A stretch of 64,000 bases of DNA from Sphaerodactylus townsendi. Its lineage: Eukaryota. Below the pieces are notes generated by a model. The model was not told where the DNA came from. It did no database searches and was given only the letters and a program-made list of their open reading frames with translations. The stretch is taken from contig NC_059427.1 of the NCBI RefSeq assembly GCF_021028975.2, positions 141,918,001-141,982,000 on the forward strand. Direction: 5' to 3'. Of the stretch, positions 23,675-35,784 are shown piece after piece; positions within the stretch are counted from its first letter, which is position 1, and every line of letters starts with the position of its first letter. Made by a program: the position numbers and the translations under genes.

Positions 23675-24431
23675 AAAGATTGTACATTAACCCGAAACAC
23701 TTTCCAAAGAGTGTCTTTCTGTTTGATAATCACAGAAAGAGACTATAGGGAACAGATTAAACCCAGAATGCAGATTTTTTTTTAAAAAAAAATTCCCTCC
23801 TTTTTTTGGTTTTTTTTTTGGTCATACCAGGCAAGCATGTGGCTCTATCTGGCAATCTCACTGGCACTGTTCTTCTTGATCCGATGGTACCTGGAGAGAC
23901 AGACGGTGGAGAACCTGAGGGAGAAATATGTCTTCATCACTGGCTGTGATTCTGGCTTCGGCAACCAGCTTGCCCGGCAGCTGGATTTGCAAGGCATGCG
24001 GGTCTTGGCGGGATGTTTTACCCAGAAGGGAGCTGAGGAACTAGAAAGACTTGCATCTGACCGGCTGAAAACCTTCATCCTGGATGTGACCAGCACAGAG
24101 AGTGTTGCTGCGGCAACAGAGTGGGTGAAAGGCTGCGTGGGCAACAAAGGTACAGTGGGCTGACTTCTGGAGGAAGTGTGGGATAAAAACATGAGTTCAC
24201 TGGACAGGTGAATAGACAGGGCAGGTAGCATTGTGAACTCTTCTTAACCAATGATACCAAAACGTCAGTCATCTGCCTGATTTTAATTCCAATTTTAGTT
24301 CAGATTTGGTTTCAGAAGTCTTTTCCCTTGGCCTAATGAGGTTCTTGGTTGCAGGCTTCTGAGAACTCTGAGCCCAACAATGCTTCTCACTATGAGATCA
24401 AATGATCCCATCCCATAGTTACAAGGTCTGA

Positions 24432-24746
<315 letters not shown>

Positions 24747-27700
24747 TGAGGTAATCCTTTTCTAACCGAAGAATTATCATGTATCAGGTCACTCCTCAAG
24801 TATCTCGGGCTGTGTTAACTCGTTTTCTTCCTGAATGAAGAAACTATACCTTATTGCACATAAAGATAGATCTTCAGTGTTGAATTAATCTACAACCACT
24901 TCCTGAACCTTCTTTATATTGATAGGAAGTGGTAGCTATTTTAGGGGACCAAAAAAAAATTATGAAATTGAAAAGTTTGAGTTTTTTAAAAAACTGATGG
25001 ATGGAGAAGAATCCATAGGTGACCCAAGCAGAATGCAGTTAAAACTGTTGTGATAGGCCAAGAGATTCCAGAGGTACAGGTATTATTCTGAAAAAAATTG
25101 GTGAGTTTGAATTTAAAAAACAACAACAATTAATGGTGGAGAATCCTCAGGGGCCAGTGAGCTGAATGTAGTTAAAATTTCTGTGATAGCCCAAGGGATT
25201 TCAGAGATACAGGTGGTTTTATCTGTAGCGGCCATTTTAATATCTGGACTATTTTCTACAGCGAAAGCACACTGCTTTCACTTCCACCAAGCAATGCAGA
25301 ACCACATTTTAATCTTTTGGTGGGACAGCCAGCTTTTTGAAATTAGTGGAAGAAATTTTTAATTAGGTCTCTGTTGGGATAGATTTAATAGGTAGCTTTT
25401 GCAATGTATCTTTATTACCACCGGTCAGTGGACTGGCATCCCTATTGGAGAAGATATCTAGTATGTGGACCTTCAGCAAGCAGATCCTTGCCTATCCTAG
25501 GCTCTCATTATGAATACAAAGATCTGCCAACTAGGTCACAATGACCCATGCCATTCACATCCACCCTTGTTATATGTCACAGTTTTTTAACATTCTATGC
25601 ACATTTTCATTGGCTGTGGCTTCCAGATTCAAAACTGAGGGGCTACTTCTCTGGAGGGGAGGGGAGGGGGAGAGAATATCAGCTGTAGAACATGGTCCCC
25701 TTCTTCAGGAGTTTGTGGTCCAGGGAATTGCTTTGCCTCGTTCATGGGTGTGTGTGTGTGTTATGTTTTGGAAAAGCTACAATATCAATATAATTTCAAT
25801 AACAGAAATACTGATATAATAGTAATTTAAAGACTTTCACAAAGCCAGCAATCTTGAGAGTACAGGGTGTGATGAGATCTGTACCTTTAAGAGTGAGTTG
25901 ATGGGTGGATGTAAGAGAAGCAGGAAAAGCAGACCCAGGAGAGTTCAGTGGACAATCTGTACAGTGAGTTCCTCCTTCGGGGGAGGGCGGTATATAAATC
26001 TAATAATGAAATGAAAATGAAATGAAAGATGAGCCGACTGCGTAGTGAAGAGCCCCAGGGTAAGTGTTCTATACATAATGGGCCATAGAGTGCTTTGTAT
26101 AAGAATTGCCTGTAGGGACTTACTGCTGCAGTGTAACTGCAAGTCCCTGTGGTGAATTTGTGTAAAATGTAACATGTTGTTGTGGGTCTTCCAGGTTGTG
26201 TGGCCGTGGTCTGGTAGACCTTGTTCTTAACGTTTCACCTACATCTGTGACTGGCATCTTCAGAGGTGTAGGGGAAGGACTGGTTGTAGGTGATGGGAAA
26301 GACTTCTTCCTAAGATCCTGGGGAGCCTGTTAGAGTAGACAGTACTGACCTGGATGGACCAAGGGTCTGACTGAATATAAGGCGGCTTCTTGTGCTGATG
26401 ATGAAGAAATATTTGCTGCCCTCCAAAGTCATTGAGGGAATATCTTCAGGTAGCTCTAGAACATCAGTTGACCATCATTAGCAACTGAGTTTACTTCATT
26501 GTTGGGTTCACCACAATAGCATTTCCACCAGTGTTCACTATGACTGAATATGGGAAGTGAAATCTCACCTCAAAAAAGGTGAAATATCCAATACCTTTAA
26601 TTATAGTCTGTGAAAAGGGTGGGCACCTAGTCTGCAGAAGCATGTCACAAAATCATTGTGGTGTTTTTAACAGTTGCCTGTTATTTATCTGTTTTTTTAG
26701 ACGCGAGCTCCGTCCGTTTGGGGTGAAAATATCCATAGTAGAACCAGGCTACTTCAGAACAGGCATGACTAACATCCAAATGCGCCTCAACAATTTGGAT
26801 CAGATTTGGACCAGTGTTCCACAAGAAACCAAAGAAAGCTATGGCCAGATATATTTTGACAAATGTAAGTCCTTTACAGTCTCAGTACAGGGGCAATGTG
26901 ATGGGTTTTGCTGGTGATCTGAATCTGGGAATAGCTATGCACTGGTTCAGCCATTGGGATGAAGGGTCTATATTTTAACAGGCATTTCTAGGTGCTTCAG
27001 TGAGTATGACCTTGCCAACCGCTTCAAGGTTCTTGGTTTGTGCCTGAAAAAGAAATCAGTCATCAGCATATGCATCTTTGGCCTATCATCTCAACACTGC
27101 TGAGGATTAGGGGAGGCCGAAAGAAAAGCATCCTCTCATTTCTGAATCGAAGCCATGGCACTTGGACAAGTTGTTATCTCTCTTTTCCTTTATGCCTTTT
27201 GCCCAACAGAGGATCCTGTGAATTACTAATAGACTCAGTGGTGATGGTGGTGGGGCAGAATTAATACAGGCATTTGTGAGTCTAATGGCAACTTGTGTGT
27301 GTGTGGAGAGGGCAGGGGCGGAGCAAGGGGGAACTGCGTCCTGGGCACGCTTGCGCCCCGCGCCCCGGAATGCCCTGGTGTGCGCTCGGGGCATCGTGTC
27401 CCCCCACCACATTGGCGCTACGCCACTGGGAGAGGGTGTTGTAAGTTTCTCCAAGAAAAAGAATGCATGGTAGAAATTTAACCCCCTCTATAATCCAGCT
27501 CTAGTCTATCCCATCCCCTCATTTTATCTCTGAGGTTAAATTAGACAGTGAGAGATCAGTTCAAGGGTGTCACAGGTAAATTGTTCTAACCTGTAAATAA
27601 TGTTGAGTTTTGGACAAGAATTCAATGGAGGATTTTCCTCCCGGAATGTCCAAGTCATTCTTTAACAAGCCTTACAACTTCTGACAACCACTGTTTAGTC

Positions 27701-27889
27701 CCCTCTCTTTTCCTGCTCCAGCAGCGTTCCCTTTTTTCCTTTTCCCTCCAGTCTTGATATACACTGACAAGTGAACAGCTCTTGTTTTACACCTCATTTG
27801 TTTTTTGCTAATTTCCTCTTCCTCCATGTACAATCTTCATTGTCTGCTGTAAATAGCTTTTTGCACTCATGCAGGGCTGTTGTGTAGTG

Positions 27890-28182
27890 AAAGAAGAGTT
27901 TGGATTTATATCCCCCCTTTCTCTCCTGCAGGAGACTCAAAGGGGCTTACAAACTCCTTGCCCTTCCCCCCTCACAACAAACACCCTGTGAGGTAGTTGG
28001 GGCTGAGAGAGCTCCGAGAAGCTGTGACTAGCCCAAGGTCACCCAGCTGGCATGTGTGGGAGTGTACAGGCTAATCTGAATTCCCCAGATAAGCCTCCAC
28101 AGCTCAGGCGGCAGAACTGGGAATCAAACCCGGTTCCTCCAGATTAGATACACGAGCTCTTAACCTCCTACGCCACTGCTGC
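27890..28182 (-). mobile_element. Squam3-like SINE (unit A only)
   Basis: Full-length copy; empty site at ~47655. Confidence 0.8.
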
Positions 28183-28249
28183 AAAGCGTATCTGCTTTGC
28201 ATGTAGAAGTCCCTGGGCTCAGTCCCTGGCATCTCCAGTTAAAAACGTC

Positions 28250-28990
28250 AACTCGTTAACAATTTGAGATACGCAGATGACACCACGCTGCTGGCAGAAG
28301 ATAATGAAGACGTGAATGACTTTTGATCAAAGTTAAAGCAGAAAATGCTAAAGCAGGATTTCTGCTGAACATTAAAAAGACAAGTAATGACTAATAAGGA
28401 ATTACACAACTTTAAGGTTAACAATCAAAACATTGAAATTGTTCAAGATTTTCTATTCCTTTTCTATTCCTTGGTTCCATCATCAATCAAAAGAGAGACA
28501 GCAACCAAGAAATCAGAAGGAGACTGAGACTGGGAAGGAACTTGAAAAGATATTTAAGTGTAAGGATGTGTCACAGGCAACCAAGATCAAGTTAATTCAT
28601 GCCATAGTATTGCCCACTACTATGTATGGGTATGAAAGTTGATTCATTTGAAATGTTGTGTTGGAGGAGAGTTTTATGGAACACTAAAAAGTCAAATCAG
28701 TGGGTTCTAGATCAAATCAAGCCAAGAATCTAAAATGACTAAACTGAGGCGAATATACTTTGGTCACATTACGAGAAGAGTCACTGAAAAAGACAATAAT
28801 GCTAAGAAAAGTTGAAGGCAGCAGGAAAAGAAGAACCATGAATGAGATTGACTCAATCAAGGAAGCCACAGCCCTCAGTTTGCAACACCTGAGCAAGGCT
28901 GCTAACAGTGGGAAGTCATTCATTCAAAGGGATGTAATGGAGATCATTAATTCAAAAGGATGCCATAAATTGGAAGTGACTTGAAAGCAC
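28250..28990 (+). mobile_element. RTE/BovB LINE fragment (paralog 48655-49880)
   Basis: NLRYADDTTL; TKIKLIHAIVLPTTMYGYESW; KKIDSFEMLCWRR (in the unit B copy). Confidence 0.85.
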
Positions 28991-29766
28991 TTAATATACC
29001 AATATGAAAGGCTTTTACCTGAGACCCTGGAGAGTTGCTGGCAGTCAGAGTTGCTTACGGTGCCATCCTGAGCAGTGTTGCCCTCTTCTAAACCCATTGA
29101 CTTAAATTATTTTAGAAAGAAGTAATTCTGCTGCTGTGACCTTAATAGGTCAAGGGTTTGAGTCAGAATGAGGCAGCTTGATGTGCTCATCTGTATATGC
29201 TAGACCAGGGGTGTCCAACTCTGGGGCCTCAGATGTTCGTGGTTCCCATCAGTCCCTGCCAGCATGGCCAATTTGCCATGATGGCAGGGACTGATGGGAA
29301 TTGTAGTCCATTAACATCTGGGGCCCCAGAGTTGGACACCCCTGCGCTAGACAATGCAGGCAATGAATACTCCTTCTGGTTATGTCTCTTCTTCTTTCCA
29401 TGGCAGGTAATTTGTAGATAAGGCATAGTTAGGATAGAGGAGGGATTAGTCAGGAGACTCTACCTGTAGCTAGGAAAGCAAGCCCAGTTGCCTGAGGTGA
29501 GTAAGAACTGGCTCTGGACAACCAGGCATAGAAATTTGCGGATATTGGTAGATCTCTTCTTTTGGGGTGCCTTGTTTCTGAGTGAGCTTTTGTGGGCATA
29601 TTTGCAAGGCTGGTATGGGGTGTATTATAGAAGCACTCTTGTGTGCCTTATGTAGGCATTCCATCGTCCCTTTACTGTAATCTGCTTTCTGTCTACTGAA
29701 TGGGTGAGAAGACAGGCATAGGTGCAGCCTGGAAGTAGGCTGGCCTAACTCTGTGCCAGGTCAATT

Positions 29767-29826
29767 TATTTATTTATTTATTTATTTATTTTATTAGATT
29801 TTTATACCGCCCCATCCCCGGAGGGC
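29767..29826 (-). mobile_element. Very short L2-type 3'-tail insertion (unit A only)
   Basis: (TTTA)n + GATTTTTATACCGCCCCATCCCCGGAGGGC; same tail type at ~25970 and ~52405; empty site at ~50616. Confidence 0.7.
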
Positions 29827-31475
29827 TTCCTTCTGTTGTGTTCCTCAACTTTCTTTGGGAACAGGCAAGATTTTTCCAGATTTGGAGTGTTCCTTTCAAA
29901 GAGAGGCTCTTGTTGCTGTTTATCTGTTACTGTTGATCTAAAACTTTTCAAACTGGGTCTTCTTATTTCCTGTTCCGTCAGATCTCATTACAGACTCCCT
30001 CTCTTTTACTTCTCCACAGATCGCAAGGCATTCCAAGATTCACTCTCAGCTTGCTCCACAGACCTGTATCTGGTCACTGACTGCATGGAACATGCCTTGA
30101 CTTCCAAGCACCCCCGGACTCGCTATGCTGGAGGCTGGGATGCCCAGTTCTTTTACATCCCACTGTCTTATTTGCCCACAGCATTGGCAGATTTTGTGCT
30201 GACAAGGTCTTCGCCAAAAACTGTTCAGGCTGCACCATAAGGGTAGAGCAGAAAATAGTGGATGGGCTATGAACTTGGTATGAGGAAAAGGTTGTTCTCT
30301 TTCTCTCATGCTGGACATGTACCTTTAAATAAGCGGGTGCAGGTATGTGTCTGAGGGATTTTAGCTCTCTGCTGCCCCTCTGTTTACCATACTGTGAAGT
30401 TAAACAATGATCTTGAATTTACAAGAAGACTAATAACCAAGTACTCTTTAATAAAATTATTAATTTATACCCCGTGAAAATCTACTAGTCAACTGGAAAG
30501 GTCTGTAAATTATTGAAATTGACTCTTTGTTGTGGTATTCTGGGTCAGCTTCAATAAAAAGAGGGGACTATTCTGATCATTGTTAATTTTGCTATTTGGT
30601 TACATACCATTCTCTATCTTGTGAATCAAAAGGTTTTTTAACATTCTCAGCTTCTTTATTACTTTTTAAAATATTAATGGCTCTTAAGGTTAAAACATTT
30701 AAATTTTTGCTATATTGGATAGCTTTTTCTAATTGCTCAGTAAGGATGTATCTGCTCAGTTTTAAAGACAAGACCCAGCATAATAGCATGGATCAATAGT
30801 TTGTTTCAGTGCTGTCTTGCAAAAATAAAGATCTTTTAATCCAGGTTTCTGAATGTAACCTTCCTGTTTTATTTACTTTATTCATATCCTACCTTTTCTC
30901 AAATGGGAACACGAAGCAGCTTACATTGTTCTCCTCTCCTCCATTTTAATCTCACAACAATCCTGTGAAGTAGGTTTGGGTGAGAGTGTATCACTGGCCC
31001 AAAATCACTCACCAAGCTTCCATGGCAGAGCAGGGATTCAAACCCTCAAGAACCCAAGAAGGGAGTGAGTAAGTTCTGACTAAGGGAAATGCTTTCCTCT
31101 TACTGCTGTCTTCTAAAAAATGTATACAACCGATTACAATCATTTACATTTCTGTTTTGTTGAACACAAGAGGCTGATAAAGGTAGGTTGGCTGGTGGGT
31201 GAGAAGAAAGAGAATGAAATCAGAAAAGAGGGTGTGGGGGCTGCCAGGTTAAGCTCAGAGGAAATAGGAGGTGAGGAGAATACGGGGCAAAGCAAGATGC
31301 CCTTACAAGACCTTGCAAGTCTCCAGCTTCCCATAATCTAGCAAGCGATGTGAAATCCATACAGAACTGTTTTCAAAATGGTGTTCAAAGCACTTAAAGA
31401 AGGGGGCCCGACAAGATTCATTCCAAAGATTTTTTGTCTAATTCATCAATCGGATCGCTCAAAAGCACTCCATAC

Positions 31476-32270
31476 CCTGTGTGAATATACAGCCCCAATG
31501 TCAATTTTGTAAAGACATATTTTCTGGATCTCTTTCTCCAGTTCCTGTGGGGTGCTGAAAGACTGATACTGGACATAAATATCATCATGCAGTGTGAATG
31601 AGAACTCCTGTCGCTGAAAGTAATTCTTTTGCACTGAAAAAAAGGAAAAAAAGGCAGAAGATCACCTTCTAGCTACACTGTTGTGCTTTACAGCGGCTCA
31701 GAGAGAGAATTGCGACTCAGGAACTCCCACGTTTGATGCTCATTTGTCCCATGAACTCACAGACTGGCAAACGTTTTGGCCACAGTTCCATCAGGCACAA
31801 AAGTGTCATTCGATGCATGCCTTTATCTCTGTATCCTATACATACACATATAGATAAGAGTTGCTCAATTATGATGCTTTGGGCGCGGGGGGGAGGTTCT
31901 GGGGTATTAAAACCCACTGAATCATACTAGTGTGTCACATTCGCTGTCCCAACAGGTCTTTCCCCATACTCTTTAATACTGACTAACGGGTTACTCTGCA
32001 TATGCTCAGAGGCACTGTCCATACCGGAAACCGTTTCTTGAAAAGTTAAAATTAAGTCGTGCAGCGGCACTTTTCTCCCCAGCATCGTTACTCCATCGCC
32101 TTTTTGCTTCACCCACTATTCCAGCCCCAAAGTACATCTCACCGTCCACCCACTTAGCGTGCAGCTTATCGCCCGTAAGGGCCGAAGGGGAATATGCGGC
32201 GATAATAGATGGGTAGAAGGTCGGGGAGCAAAAGAACCAGAGTTCGTAATCTCGCATAATAGCCATAACT
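31476..32270 (-). pseudogene. PRIM1: Truncated PRIM1 duplicate (exons 1-2 only)
   Basis: The exon 2 copy (31476-31633) keeps both splice sites but has substitutions (RREF->RQEF, IRY->VQY, CPH->CLY). The exon 1 copy (~32143-32270) has many small indels. No exon 3 follows because the duplication junction is at 31044. Confidence 0.92.
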
Positions 32271-32287
32271 CCTCCCCATAAGAAAGA

Positions 32288-32394
32288 AAGCGCGGGGGAA
32301 ACGAGTTCGCTTTTCACAAGGACTTGTGGGAATCGTAGTTCTGATGAGGAAGAGGCCTTGGTTTCAATGTGTCCTGTGGCACCCTCTAGTGGTG
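32288..32394 (-). promoter_or_regulatory. Duplicated PRIM1 promoter remnant
   Basis: ACTACGATTCCCA at 32327-32339 and an unchanged CTCF-like site at 32378-32394 are retained. The CCAAT-containing segment is deleted relative to 11610-11645. Confidence 0.65.
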
Positions 32395-35316
32395 TGTTTT
32401 GACTTTTTCAGCTGAAAAGATCCTCAAGCGCTTGACTGTGTAAAACGGGGTTATTCAGTAGGAATTATGGATGTTTATTACAGAAGAAAGTCTATTTATC
32501 TGTCTAGTACGTTTTTATCTTGCCCATCTATGACATTGAACCCCATCCTCCCAGAAGCTCTTGGTGGCTTATGTGGTTCTCTCCTCCATTTTATCCTCTG
32601 TGAGCTGAGACAGAGTGACTAGCTCAAGTTTGGAAGTGCACATAGCATAGTGGGGATTTGAAACTAGGTCTTCCAGCTCCCTGTTTGCCTCTGCACCACA
32701 CTGGCTCTCTTCTTGGTCTTACAAAGATGATGGATAGATGGCTGTATGGGCCAACATACAAAAAGTCCAAAGTCCAAAAACAATAACAGAATAACTTTTG
32801 ATCAGGAATAGCTAAAATCTCACACGACAGTGAAGCACACATTTTGGTTTCTTGATAAAGATGTTGGTGGACCCCACAGTAAGGAAAATGAATGCTTATT
32901 GTACCTGTGAGGATCCACCTGCTCCAATGACCCCTGATGATGGTCAGACATCTTGACCATGCTCAGATGGAGGCTTCCCAGTCCTCAGAATGCAAGGGGA
33001 GGAGTTGTTTCACCTTGTACCTCTTGCTTAGGGATGCCAGCATCCAGGTAGGACCTAGGTGTCTTCCAGAATTACATTTCTTCTCCAGAGTTCTGTTCCC
33101 CTGGAGAAAATGGATACTTTGAAGGATTGAGTCTATGACATTGTACCCCATTGAGATTCCTATATACTTCCCATGCTCTACCCCCAGATTCCCAGGACTT
33201 TCCAAATTTAAAACTGGCAACCCTGCTCTCCCCCACATAGACACCAGTGGCCAAGGGGAACCTGGCAGCTTTACTTCTGCTTCCAGTTGAACTCTAGATC
33301 AGTGGGGTGAACCTTTGGCACTCCAGATGTTATGGACTACAATTCCCATCAGCCCCTGCCAGCATGGCCAATTGGCTGGTGCTGGCAGGAGCTAATGGGA
33401 ATTGTAGTCAATAACATCTGGAGTGCCAAAGGTTCGCCACCACGGCTCTAGATGCTCCCAACAAGTTGTTACCTGGACTGGTCCTGAACCTTCCCTTTTT
33501 GAAACAGTGCTTATCCCACCTCCTTGGTTGTACAATCTGGTCTTCCCCCTCTTCTCCCTTCAGGACAGCACCTCAGCCCTAGTGTTTGCTATACTCTGCC
33601 ATCCCTCTTCCCATTTGTCCCTCTTGTCCCAGACCATGGCTTGTCTAGCTCTTTGATCCCCTACTACATTTCCACACCTGAATCAGCCACTTGGTTAGTC
33701 CTAATTGAGTGGAAAGGGTTAGGGATGTTCCCAGTTCTGGGGGCAGGGGATCCCATGGCCAGCAAGCCTATCTGTTGCCTGTATCACAAAAGCTGATGAC
33801 ATTACTGGGGCCTCTTGGCTAGGGCATTTCAGCTGCCAATTTTGGGATGCTTTTGGTTTCTGCTGCTGGCGTTCCTTCTTCGAACTCCAGCAACATCAGC
33901 CTTTGCTGGTGGGTTGTTGCAGCTCCTGGAAGCAGGTCCAGGGCGTGATCTCGACAGCTTTGCTCTCCAGGAAGTTCATGTTTGACACCAAGGGCTCTTT
34001 GGCGCAAAAGCCGGGTGCTGGCATTGCATAGTATCAATAATAGAATAATATCAAGGAGTAGAGTCATTATTAATTTTTCATCATGGTTTAGATCAGAAGT
34101 CCTCAACCTTGTTAAGCCTGTGGACACTATGGGAATGTTGAGAATGTTGAGAAAGAATAGGAGCACCACTTCAAGGCTGCCAAAATGACAAGTCTCTCTG
34201 TGTAAAGCGCTGTCAAGACACTTCTGATTTATGGCAGTCCTATAAATTAATGACCTTTCAATATTTGATAATGGCAGCCAGAGTAGTACTTGCTACAAAA
34301 TGGAAGGCAGAAAAATGTCCAAGCTAAGTAGGAAAATAAACTAGTGGATTATATAGTGGAAAGTGAAGGATATTGTTGTCTTTTTCAGCAATTCTTACAT
34401 TCTCATAATGTGACCAATGTATAATAGCCTGGTAGCCCCAATCAAGGGGCCAGGTGGCTGGTTGAGGCACCACATCTGCACTGCCCCACTGCTCCCGTAG
34501 AGGCTTCATGGCAGGGTGGGGAGGCCTACATAATGACAATGCCTCTCCGCCACCATGAAGCCCCCACGGCCTGCCCTGCTACGATGGCAATGGCAAGGGA
34601 GCTGGGTGCTGGCACAGCATCCAGCATGGTGTCCCAGCACCAGTGAGGGCCATGGCGGCTGGACACAGGGAATTTGCCCTTCCACTGGGGCAAGTGCCCT
34701 AGGAAGGCAGATCTGGTGGTGGGGTCACACACCCTTCCCATGGGTGCATCAGCCCCCCCCCCCTTTGGATGGGGCTATCAGTTTTGTAATTTTAGCTTTT
34801 ATGGAGAGTTAAAGATGACTTGATCTACAACCAAATGATATCTCCTTTTTTGGTCCACAATTTCTGTAAAACTTTCCTTTAATATCACTTTTCAACTTCC
34901 TTTCTTCATTGTTCAACTTTTACATGCACGCATAGGATTACGGAATATTATGGTAAGAATTAACTTGGATCTTTTCTTCATGGCTCTCTTCCCAGTCTTG
35001 GTCTCCTTGTGATTTCTTTTTGCAATCTCCCTTTTGATTAATGATTAAGCCAAGGAATAACAAATGTTTAACTATTTCAGTTTCTTTATTGTCAACATCT
35101 AATTCCCTTGTAGTCTCATCCAGGGACAGAGCTTCCTCCCAGCACCCAACAGCCTGTTCTACCTCCCTCCTTGCCCACTCAGGGACCCTGGAGCACCCCA
35201 CAACTGACAGTCCCACCCCTGGACTTACCACAAGGAGCAGGGAACACCAGAAAGTCAGCAACAAGAAGCCTGAGCAGCAAGAGCAAGCCTCAGCAGTTCC
35301 AGGGAACAGGGCAGAG

Positions 35317-35784
35317 CCGTGGTGGCGAACCTTTTTGAGACCGAGTGCCCAAATTGCAACCCAAACCCCTCTTATTTATCACAAAGTACCAACCCGGCAA
35401 TTTAACCTGAATGCTGAGGTTTTAGTTTAGAAAAAAACAGTTGGCTCCCTTTTCCTCCGCCCCACCCACTTGAGCAGGGGCCAGCCTGCTCTAGCCTCCA
35501 GCAAGTCCCACACACACTGCTCTGTGCCTCTCTAGCATCTCTGCCTCCTCTGCGCCCCCCCCCCCGAGCAGCCACCCAGAGCACAGGCACCAGGCCCGCC
35601 AGCCAAGTCCTCCCTGCTCACTGTGGTGCGCGCACGTTGTGCTCAGTGGCCCAGGCCAGCCTAGATATGTGTGTGTGGTGGGGTGATTTTCTGCCCCCCA
35701 CATGATGAACGCTGTGTGCGCGTGCCCACAGAGAGGGCTCCAAGTTCCACCTCTGGCACCCGTGCCATAGGTTCGCCATCACTG
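35317..35784. mobile_element. hAT MITE (unit B only)
   Basis: TIR C(C/A)GTG(G/A)TGGCGAACC; TSD GGG(C/T)AGAG; same ends as the 11835 element. Confidence 0.88.

Noticed and set aside
23845-24231. Antisense ORFs over SDR exons (also 24419-24673, 43132-43434, 44404-44658)
   Set aside because: Shadow ORFs on the opposite strand of real coding exons.
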